A DNA stretch of 64,000 bases from an uncultured Pseudomonadota bacterium (GTDB lineage: Bacteria; Oederibacteriota; Muellerivitia; Muellerivitales; Muellerivitaceae), in contig CAWJKT010000014.1 in the NCBI GenBank assembly GCA_963843375.1, positions 96,001-160,000 on the forward strand, read 5' to 3'. Positions 21,090 through 29,200 of the stretch are shown piece after piece. The notes under the pieces are model-generated. The model was not told the DNA's origin. It searched no databases and saw only the letters and a list, made by a program, of their open reading frames with translations. Every line of letters starts with the position of its first letter. Within the stretch, counting starts at the first letter, position 1. The position numbers and the translations under genes are program-made.

Positions 21090-23479
21090 ACTTAAACCCT
21101 TTTATTTATCGAATTCTTTCGCGCCTTCCTTTCGAACCCAAACGGCGACTTTTTCGCCTGGAAGTGGAAGCTAAAGACATTGAGCTCCTGACGGTCAAAG
21201 ATTTTGTCCAAAGGGTTTGTGATTCGGCGGGTTGTACCCCTAAGGAAACCTCCAATATCAAGCTTGCAATTGATGAGGCCTGCAGCAATATCATCCGTCA
21301 CGCCTACAAGGATAAAGCTGACGGGAAAATCGTCTTGGAGATGGGAATCGGTTTTGCCGACTTGATGATCAAAGTCATTGATTACGGCAAGCCGTTCGAT
21401 TTCCGGGGGGTCAAAGATCCGGACCTGAATCATTACGTTGACATCGGAAAAAAAGGCGGGCTTGGAATATGGCTCATCAAGAAAGTCATGACCGATGTTC
21501 GTTATACGGCTTTTCCGGATCACAATGAGCTGATACTTTATCGCCTTCTTTCAAAAGCCCCGCCCAAGGAATTGGGCCTCAAAAAGGGAAGTTACTCGAT
21601 TTCGACGAAGTTCTCCTTGGGATCGATTGTTTTGATATTTTTCATCATCGCCTCGGCTTTCTTTTATCTCAATAAACAACAGCAAGCGCGGGTTTTTCAA
21701 CAACAAAGGGAAAACGTGGTGGCGACTCTTCAGACCATGTCTTCTGAAGCTGGCATTTTTATGGCACGCAAAAGCGACCTTGAGTTGGACCGTTTGATTC
21801 GGGAGGTGCTCCGGGGGGACAAAGACAGGGTTTTAAGTTATGCCTTTTTCGTCAGTCCTGAGGGCAGGTATCTGGCGCATTCCGATTTAAACCAACTTTT
21901 TAAGGTTTATTCGCCGCCACCTGATGTTCAAATGACCCGGAATCCGGGCATTCAAATCTTCCGAATAAAGAAAACCGAGGGTGTCCTGACGGATTATGCC
22001 ACAGCCGTTTATTATCACGGACAATGGATGGGTGAGGTCCACTTGGGTGAAAGCGACGCCGCCATCCAGCAAATAGCCTCCAGGGTGAAAATCGATTTGG
22101 CGAAACTGATGGGATTAATCGTTCTTGTCAGCGTTATCGGCCTTTATTTCCTTTCTCGCATTTTCATTAAGCCTTTCCATAAAATTTTGGAAGGGGTCCA
22201 TGCCATGAGCATGGGCAATTTAAACGCAAAAATCGACGTGGAAAGCCAGGACGAATTCGGCCAATTGGCCAATATATTCAACGACATGACTACTAAAATC
22301 CAGGATTCCCAGAAGGGAATGGTGGAAAACGAGAGAATGCAAAAGGAAATGCAGGTGGCCCAGGAAATCCAGCATACCCTTTTGCCTGGTGAGTTTCCTC
22401 AAATCGAAGGCTACGAGATTGGGGCCACCTATCGGGCTGCCAAGGAAGTCGGGGGGGACTATTATGACTTTTTTTGGGTCGACCCGACCACGCTTGGAAT
22501 CGTAGTAGCGGACGTTTCGGGCAAGGGCGTGCCCGGCTCGCTGGTCATGACCATGATCCGGACGGCCATGCGTCTGGAATCGCGGGGAAACCGGTCATCG
22601 TCAAGTGTTTTGGCCAAAGTTAACCAGCATGTCACTGCGGACATGAAGCGGGGGATGTTCGTGACGATGTTTTATATCATTTTGGATTCCCGAAACCGCT
22701 CGATCAATTTTTCCAGCGCCGGGCACAATCCCATGATCCTATACCGGGGAAAAACGAAGGAAGTTTACTTTCTGAAGCCCAAGGGTTTTCCGGTGGGGAT
22801 TGATCTTCCGGAAGAGGATATGTTTGTGAAAAACATGGCGCTTCAAAAGGTCAGCCTCGAGAAAAACGACATGCTTGTGATTTATACCGACGGAATTACG
22901 GAAGCCATGAATCCCGAAAGCGAGCAGTTCGGCGAGGACAGGCTCATTAAGGTCATAAAGGAAAATTCTCATCTCACTCCGGCGGAGTTCGTGGATAAAC
23001 TTAATGAGGCCATCGCCCAATTCACCCGTGGAGCGGAGCAGAACGATGACATTACGATTGTGGCCATTAAAGAAAAAATGAAGGCCGAGAACGTGGAGTT
23101 CAAGTTCCGGAAAAAACTCTTGGATTTGGTCGAAAAGAAAGGTTTGTCCGTGGCGGAGGCCTGCCGACAAATGAACACATCCACTAATACCTATTACCGG
23201 TTCAAGAAAATATTTGTGGAGAAGGGAAAAGATGGATTGAAGCCGGTAAAAAATAAAAAGCGAGGGGAAATTGGGGAACTTCCTCTTCCCCAGCAGCAAG
23301 CGGTGATGGCGATGGTTCGGGAGCACCCGGAATACGGGGCAAAGCTGATCATGGAAGCGATCGAGAAAAGTTCTAATCCTCCCATGAAGGTCGATCAAAA
23401 GTTGGTTTCGGAGTTCTTGAAGCGAAAAGGGCTAATGGATGTGAAGGCTCGCGAAGCGCTTCGGCACCAACGAGGTTGA
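21086..23479 (+). CDS. Fusion: RsbW-like anti-sigma kinase + 2 TM/periplasmic domain + HAMP + SpoIIE/PP2C phosphatase + C-terminal HTH
   Basis: LAIDEACSNIIRHAY, DYG, GGLGIWLI; DEFGQLANIFNDM; EVGGDYYD, ADVSGKG, YTDGITEA, DDIT; SVAEACRQM..STNTYYRF. Confidence 0.9.
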   Translation: MNLNPFIYRILSRLPFEPKRRLFRLEVEAKDIELLTVKDFVQRVCDSAGCTPKETSNIKLAIDEACSNIIRHAYKDKADGKIVLEMGIGFADLMIKVIDYGKPFDFRGVKDPDLNHYVDIGKKGGLGIWLIKKVMTDVRYTAFPDHNELILYRLLSKAPPKELGLKKGSYSISTKFSLGSIVLIFFIIASAFFYLNKQQQARVFQQQRENVVATLQTMSSEAGIFMARKSDLELDRLIREVLRGDKDRVLSYAFFVSPEGRYLAHSDLNQLFKVYSPPPDVQMTRNPGIQIFRIKKTEGVLTDYATAVYYHGQWMGEVHLGESDAAIQQIASRVKIDLAKLMGLIVLVSVIGLYFLSRIFIKPFHKILEGVHAMSMGNLNAKIDVESQDEFGQLANIFNDMTTKIQDSQKGMVENERMQKEMQVAQEIQHTLLPGEFPQIEGYEIGATYRAAKEVGGDYYDFFWVDPTTLGIVVADVSGKGVPGSLVMTMIRTAMRLESRGNRSSSSVLAKVNQHVTADMKRGMFVTMFYIILDSRNRSINFSSAGHNPMILYRGKTKEVYFLKPKGFPVGIDLPEEDMFVKNMALQKVSLEKNDMLVIYTDGITEAMNPESEQFGEDRLIKVIKENSHLTPAEFVDKLNEAIAQFTRGAEQNDDITIVAIKEKMKAENVEFKFRKKLLDLVEKKGLSVAEACRQMNTSTNTYYRFKKIFVEKGKDGLKPVKNKKRGEIGELPLPQQQAVMAMVREHPEYGAKLIMEAIEKSSNPPMKVDQKLVSEFLKRKGLMDVKAREALRHQRG

Positions 23480-23504
23480 CAGGGTTTAAGGCTAAAGTGA
23501 TAAT
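23476..23504 (+). promoter_or_regulatory. Putative sigma70 promoter for the STAS gene
   Basis: TTGACA-17 bp-GATAAT, 33 bp upstream of ATG 23538. Confidence 0.5.
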
Positions 23505-23537
23505 AAGCCCGCGGAGGGCCCAATATTCGGAGGAAGT

Positions 23538-23900
23538 ATGGAAAATATTTCGGTAAGTGTATCAGAACATCCCCAAAATAAAGAAATCACCCTCCTGGCC
23601 GTTAAAGGTTTTATCGATACGACCACGGCTCCGGAGTTTGAGAAGAAGTTTCTTACGGTATTGGGCGAAAAGAAATTCAAGTTCGTTGTTGATTTAAAGG
23701 ATGTCAATTACATCAGCAGCGCGGGTTGGGGCATTTTTATCAGTGAGATTAAACGAATTCGGAACCAAAAAGGGGATTTGGTGCTGGTCGGCATGAATCC
23801 CGAGGTCTCGGAGGTTTTCGAGCTTTTGGAATTTAACACCATTTTAAAGTCTTTTCCAAATGTCGAAACCGCCATTAAGAAAGGTTTTGAAAAACCGTAA
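23538..23900 (+). CDS. STAS anti-sigma factor antagonist (RsbV/SpoIIAA-like)
   Basis: GFIDTTTAP, VDLKDVNYISSAG phosphoacceptor motif; RBS GGAGG. Confidence 0.92.
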   Translation: MENISVSVSEHPQNKEITLLAVKGFIDTTTAPEFEKKFLTVLGEKKFKFVVDLKDVNYISSAGWGIFISEIKRIRNQKGDLVLVGMNPEVSEVFELLEFNTILKSFPNVETAIKKGFEKP

Positions 23901-23939
23901 TCCAAAGGATTTGAAGATCCGAAAGTCGGAAAAAAAGAT

Positions 23940-25079
23940 ATGGAATCGGCTGCATTAACCTCCCTCATTGAAATTGAGGGAAAAAACTTCACCATTGAAA
24001 CCTCTCCTATAACGGGTAAGAATCGTCTATCCTCCCTGATTCAATTGGGTGGACGGACTCTTTCTCAGCGTGATTTTGAATTACCTGAGGGGCTGGATGA
24101 AGATGGATTCAAGCATTATCTGCAGGAAACCCATCGCGTTCGTTCGGTCGAATTGGAATCCCTATTTCGTTTGAGCCGAAAAATCGAGGAAAAACCTACG
24201 GCCGATGCTTGTTGGAAAATCGGGGTGATTTTCCTTTCAAACGGTTTTTACGAGGATTCACGCCAGAAATTTCAAAAAGCCCTCGAGATGGAACCCAGGC
24301 ATTTACAAGCCATTAAAAGCTACGGAATCACACTGACCCTTCTGGAAGATTTTGACGGCGCCTTGGCTTCCCTGAATCAAGCGAGGGAATTGGGGCCTTC
24401 GTTTGCGGATATTTATTACCATCTGGGCAATGTTCACTTGTACAAACGCGAACTGGATGAATCGGTTCAATGCTATCTGCAAGCCCTTCAAATCAACCCC
24501 CGTTATGCGGACGCTCGTTTAAGATTGGCCACGGCTTGTGTGGGTTATTTGGCCCAATCTTCCAATCAATTAACGGAGCCTAAAGTAATAGAGTTGTCCG
24601 AAAGGACCAGGACAGAAGCGGAAACGGCGGCCACACTCAACCCAAAAGTTCGAAACCGGGCCTATATGATGGCTATGGATTTTTTGAGAAGTAAAAAATA
24701 TTCACAAGCTTTTCAATCTTTTATTGAAGTTCGTCCGCGTTATGTACCCCGAATAGGCGATGAGATTATTTTTTTCTTTACCTTAACCCTGTTATACGGA
24801 AGCGAAGGTATAGATCAACAGATGACGGATCAATATGTCGATAAATTGTGCAGGGTGATCGAAGAATTTCCTCATTACGCTGATCTGCATCACCATTTGG
24901 GTACCGCTTATTTGATTAAATGCCGCTTTGACGTGAACCGGTCACTGAAGGAGTTCAAAAAAGCCCTGGAAATTAATCCACAATTTCAAAAAGCTATGAC
25001 TAATTCGGCCGACACGGAGGATTTGCATAAGAAAGTATTGACCGTTTTGAAAAAAGCTATTATGCCGCAGGGAAATTAA
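23940..25079 (+). CDS. Cytoplasmic TPR protein
   Basis: Multiple TPRs (YYHLGNV, ALQINPRYADA, ALEINPQF); no signal peptide. Confidence 0.8.
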   Translation: MESAALTSLIEIEGKNFTIETSPITGKNRLSSLIQLGGRTLSQRDFELPEGLDEDGFKHYLQETHRVRSVELESLFRLSRKIEEKPTADACWKIGVIFLSNGFYEDSRQKFQKALEMEPRHLQAIKSYGITLTLLEDFDGALASLNQARELGPSFADIYYHLGNVHLYKRELDESVQCYLQALQINPRYADARLRLATACVGYLAQSSNQLTEPKVIELSERTRTEAETAATLNPKVRNRAYMMAMDFLRSKKYSQAFQSFIEVRPRYVPRIGDEIIFFFTLTLLYGSEGIDQQMTDQYVDKLCRVIEEFPHYADLHHHLGTAYLIKCRFDVNRSLKEFKKALEINPQFQKAMTNSADTEDLHKKVLTVLKKAIMPQGN

Positions 25080-25232
25080 ACACATCCAGCCGAAAAAATT
25101 AGAACCACTGAAATTATCAAGGAAGTTAAAAGTATTTTGTCTTAAAACCTATAGAAGTTTTCGTTTTCAGCTTTTGGGGTGGCCCGGGTAAAGGGTTAAG
25201 GAAACCGTGGTTAAACTTTGGTTTAAGACGGT

Positions 25233-25616
25233 TTAGGTTTCGGATGGAGGAGTCAGCGAGTAGTTAGTTTCCAAAAACTTAATATGTTCGGAAGTGACCT
25301 TTTCGAAATTCACGCCATAAGCGTATCTGCCCATGGTTTTCATGGGGTTCTTACGGGCCCAAACGACCTTACCCATATAAACGACGCTATGACTTCCGTC
25401 CAATGAGTCCAATTCAAGGATAATGTCGTTATTATTGTCGAGGGTCTTATTGGAATAGATTTGGGCCCCTGTGGAACTGACGTTGACAAGTTGGGCGCGA
25501 AAGACAGCCCCGTCCCTGGAGGGATCTGCAAGACGTCCTTTGATTGTTTTCACCATGACGACTCGGCGGTTGGTCCTCAAATTGCCTTTGGATTGAGGAC
25601 GAACTGTTTTTTTCAT
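25233..25616 (-). CDS. PilZ domain protein
   Basis: RTNRR (RxxxR) and NVSSTG (D/NxSxxG) motifs, GKVVW, YGVNF. Confidence 0.85.
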   Translation of the reverse strand: MKKTVRPQSKGNLRTNRRVVMVKTIKGRLADPSRDGAVFRAQLVNVSSTGAQIYSNKTLDNNNDIILELDSLDGSHSVVYMGKVVWARKNPMKTMGRYAYGVNFEKVTSEHIKFLETNYSLTPPSET

Positions 25617-25753
25617 GGGATATCCCCTTAAGGTGGGTTAAACGACTATAGCATAACACCATCTTCCGCGAGGCGGAAGAAAAACATCCCGCTTTTTGCG
25701 GGTTCAAATGAAATGGGCGAGCACAAACATCTGGAAAAAGAGGTTCTAAAGCA

Positions 25754-27229
25754 ATGACTTCGGTTCGAGTTCGATTTGCCCCGAGTCCGACAGGTTTCCT
25801 CCACGTGGGAGGGGCCCGGACGGCGCTTTTTAATTGGCTCTTTGCCCGCCATTCAGGCGGGAAATTTATTCTTCGAATTGAGGATACCGATCGGGAGAGA
25901 TCCAAGCCCGAATACGAAGAAGCCATCATCCGAGATTTACAATGGCTGGGATTAGATTGGGACGAAGGGCCCGCAATCGGTGGTTCCGATGGGCCTTATC
26001 GTCAGACAGAACGGGCGGCTTTATACCGAGTGCAATTGAAAAAGTTGATTTCTTTGGGGAATGCTTATTATTGTTTTTGCAGTCACAAAGAATTGGAAGC
26101 GGAACGGGCAGCTGTTCAACTTTTGGGTAAAAGTTTTCGATATTCCGGCAAGTGCCGGGATTTGACCCAAGAGGAAGCGGACGCCAGACGAAAAGCCGGG
26201 CAACCCTTTTCCGTGAGACTCAAAGTTCCCGAGGGGACGACCACTGTCAACGATTTGATTAGAGGTCAGGTTATGGTTGACCATTCGGAAATCGACGATT
26301 TTATCCTGGTGCGAAGCGGGGGAGAACCGACCTACAATTTTGTGGCTGCAGTGGACGACGCTCTGATGAGGATATCCCACGTTATCCGAGGCGACGACCA
26401 CCTTTCCAATACGCCTAAACAAATTCTGATTTACCAGGCTCTTGGGTTTGCCCTGCCTCAATTTGCTCACATTCCCTTGATCCTTGGAGCCGATCGAACC
26501 CCACTTTCCAAGCGTCATGGGGCAAATTCGGTTGGAGAATTTAAGCGCCATGGCTATCTTCCGGAAGCCATGATGAACTACCTGGCCTTGTTAGGTTGGT
26601 CTTTTGACGGAAAAACCGAGATTTTCTCCAAAGATGACCTGATTAAGCATTTTGGCCTTGAACGGGTGATTAAAAGCCCGGCTTGTTTTGACTATGACAA
26701 ACTCCAATGGTTAAACGGTCATTATATTCGCGAAGCGGACGAGGAGCGGATATACCAACTTTGCCTGGAATATCTTTGGGATGCGGACGCGATTAATGCC
26801 GATTTTATGCGGGAAGGCGGGCCAGCCCTTAAAAGAATGGTGGGAACGGTCAAGAATAGTCTTAAAACAATTTCGGATGTTGGCGAACAATTAACCTACT
26901 TTTTAGGAGAAGTTCACTCTTACGATCCCCGAGCCTTGGAAAAATACCTGATCCCCCAAACGGTTCCTGTTTTAGAAGAAGCGGTTTGGGTTTTAGAAGA
27001 TTCGGTTGATTTCACCGCGATGACTTTAGAAGAGCGGTTCCGTCAAAATGCGGTAAAAAAAGGAAGAAAATTCGCGGAATATGTCCATCCCATGCGCCTT
27101 GCAATCACGGGAAAATCGGCAAGCCCGAATTTATTTGAGTTAATCGAAATTTTGGGCAAAGGACGTTGTATCGTGCGTTTGATGCGGTTTGTACAAATGA
27201 TCAAACATTCAAAAACGCAAATGGTTTGA
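25754..27229 (+). CDS. gltX: Glutamate--tRNA ligase
   Basis: RFAPSPTGFLHVGG, LRIEDTD, HVIRGDDH, LSKRHG. Confidence 0.96.
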   Translation: MTSVRVRFAPSPTGFLHVGGARTALFNWLFARHSGGKFILRIEDTDRERSKPEYEEAIIRDLQWLGLDWDEGPAIGGSDGPYRQTERAALYRVQLKKLISLGNAYYCFCSHKELEAERAAVQLLGKSFRYSGKCRDLTQEEADARRKAGQPFSVRLKVPEGTTTVNDLIRGQVMVDHSEIDDFILVRSGGEPTYNFVAAVDDALMRISHVIRGDDHLSNTPKQILIYQALGFALPQFAHIPLILGADRTPLSKRHGANSVGEFKRHGYLPEAMMNYLALLGWSFDGKTEIFSKDDLIKHFGLERVIKSPACFDYDKLQWLNGHYIREADEERIYQLCLEYLWDADAINADFMREGGPALKRMVGTVKNSLKTISDVGEQLTYFLGEVHSYDPRALEKYLIPQTVPVLEEAVWVLEDSVDFTAMTLEERFRQNAVKKGRKFAEYVHPMRLAITGKSASPNLFELIEILGKGRCIVRLMRFVQMIKHSKTQMV

Positions 27230-27353
27230 GGGCGATACGGCTATGATTTTCAAAATATTTGAAAATGAAAATAAAGCTTGGGACAATTCTTTGGCCCACT
27301 TAAAATAATGTAGAGAGAACATAAGAGCGAAAAATGTTTGAAAGGAATAGTCC

Positions 27354-27921
27354 ATGGCAACCCATATTATTGATTTTGTGTTTCAACCGAGGTGAGAAAA
27401 AGGGGCGCTTAAGACCAGTCAGTCGCAAGGATTGGGGACAAATCGTGGGTTGGTGGAATGACCCGGATGTTCGACGTCTTTTCGACGTCCATTTCGTGGA
27501 CCAAACCTTCTCCGATGCCGAAAAATGGTTTGCCAAAAATGGCTCGGGTGAGGACGAGAAACTTCCGCGGTCTTTTGTCATTGAAGTGGATGACGATGGA
27601 AAGTGGCTGCCTGTTGGCACTGCTGAATTTTATAGTGAAAGGCCTTCCCATAAGACGGCCGAATTCGGATTCCTTATCGGGGATAAGCAATGGTGGGGCA
27701 AAGGTATCGGCACCGAAACTGCCAAACGGATGGTGATATATGGCCTGGAGGAGTTGGGATATAAGCGAATTGGGGCCGTTTCGGCCGCTTATAACGTACG
27801 TTCCCTCAATGCCCTTCAAAAAGCGGGTTTTCAAATCGAAGGCATCCGAAAAAGTTATGTATTCCGCGATGGTCAGCATCATGACCAAACCGTCATGTCA
27901 ATCATTCGGCCTGAAAAATAA
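27354..27921 (+). CDS. RimJ/RimL-type GNAT N-acetyltransferase (probable frameshift at ~27388)
   Basis: AEFGFLIGDKQWWGKGIGTE, NVRS...KAGFQIEG; GAAAGGA RBS precedes ATG 27354 and removing one C gives MATHIIDFVFQRGEKKGRLRP; otherwise start 27334. Confidence 0.8.
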
Positions 27922-28008
27922 AGCTCCAAAAGTCCCTTTTGAAATTACCAAAAATAAGGGGCCTGTGTTAAAATTCGACCCCTTATCCGATACCTTTCCT
28001 CTTTTCAT

Positions 28009-28082
28009 TGGGAGATCGTCTAATGGTAGGACAGCAGACTCTGACTCTGCTTATCTTGGTTCGAATCCAAGTCTCCCAGCCA
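28009..28082 (+). tRNA. tRNA-Gln (anticodon CTG)
   Basis: TGGGAGA/TCTCCCA acceptor stem, GCAGA-CTCTGAC-TCTGC anticodon arm, GGTTCGAATCC, encoded CCA. Confidence 0.96.
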
Positions 28083-28170
28083 TTTTCAAAAAATCTGTTC
28101 CCAGCACATTTTTAAAAGCTTTTGTTTGCAAGAGTTTCACAACCTGAGCGAACAAGGGCCTTTTTTTTGA

Positions 28171-28245
28171 AATACCGGTCAATGCCGGTTAGAGACGGTT
28201 AAAATCGGTAAAAAACGGATTCAAATGACACGAATGTGACGCGAG
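28171..28245. repeat. Five 10-bp-period CGG units followed by TGACAC/TGACGC direct repeat; possible att/arm-site remnant
   Basis: AATACCGGTC AATGCCGGTT AGAGACGGTT AAAATCGGTA AAAAACGGAT then TGACACGAATGTGACGCG, ~90 bp after tRNA-Gln. Confidence 0.5.
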
Positions 28246-28403
28246 TTTTACCGAACAACTTTCTGAATTTCCAATGTGAATTTAAAAACGGAAGTGGAAG
28301 TGGGGCGCGAAGATGGGGGGATAGGTGTTTTCGGGGAATGATCCCTGGGCTATAATGAATAAAATTCTGGTAGCCTGTTCGTTGAAAATCTTGAGGTAAT
28401 CTC

Positions 28404-28727
28404 GTGGGAATCAGCGAAGACGTCTTAAAAAAAATAGTCCGGCGTATTCTCAAGGTTTACAAAGCCGACAAGATAATTTTGTTTGGTTCCGCCGCAACGG
28501 ACCGCATGACCTCAGACAGTGACATTGATCTATTGATCGTCAAGAAGGGCGTTAAGGACAGGCACGCTGAAAGCGTCAAAATCCACTCCGCTTTGGATGG
28601 TTTGGGATACCCTTTTGATGTCATCGTAATGCCCCTTGAACGGTTCGAGGAAACCAAGAACTATATCGGTGGCCTTGCTTACCCTGCCAACAAGTACGGC
28701 AAAGTTATTTATGCCAAAACAGCCTGA
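28404..28727 (+). CDS. Minimal nucleotidyltransferase (MNT) antitoxin-like protein
   Basis: ILFGSAA...DSDIDLLIV motif, ~107 aa, GTG start after GAGG. Confidence 0.9.
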   Translation: MGISEDVLKKIVRRILKVYKADKIILFGSAATDRMTSDSDIDLLIVKKGVKDRHAESVKIHSALDGLGYPFDVIVMPLERFEETKNYIGGLAYPANKYGKVIYAKTA

Positions 28728-29129
28728 TCGGATCACCCAAAAGCTTGTCAAAGAATGGCTTCAAAAAGCTGATCCCGATATTCGGCTAGCGGAATTCCTC
28801 TTGACCGAAAACACCCCCTTTTTGGATGCCGCAGCCTTCCATTGCCAACAAGCTGTTGAAAAGTATTTAAAAGCCTTTCTTATAGCCATCAAATAGAATT
28901 TCCGAAGACACATAATATCCGTGAATTACTTGGTTTCGTTGCGAGTGTTTATAAAAAACTCGCCGAATACCTGAAGCCATCTACGATTTTGTCACCATAT
29001 GGGGTGCTGGTTCGTTATCCAGATGACGCCCAGTGCGTCGATCCCAAGAAGGCGACTATAGCTGTAGGATTGGCCCAAAAAGTCGAGAAAAGCATAAAAA
29101 AGAAATTAAAACAGTTTTCAAAAGAATAG
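28711..29129 (+). pseudogene. HEPN domain protein, frameshifted at ~28883 (real inactivation or sequencing error)
   Basis: EWLQKA..D, FHCQQAVEKYLKAFL; shifted frame continues HQIEFPKTHNIRELL...VRYP...KE*. Confidence 0.8.
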
Positions 29130-29200
29130 AAAGCTTAGAATGAATCTCCCTGCTGTAATACCCCGCCCGTTTGTAGATTTCAGCTTTTATAATCTTTTGC

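Noticed and set aside
23070..23479. IS element insertion
   Set aside because: No DDE domain, terminal inverted repeats or target duplication; in-frame with host gene
25187..25205. Further copy of the 11-bp box (GGTAAAG)
   Set aside because: Single half-site, located between convergent genes
27740..28147. 135-aa ORF
   Set aside because: Overlaps the GNAT gene and tRNA-Gln; no protein motif
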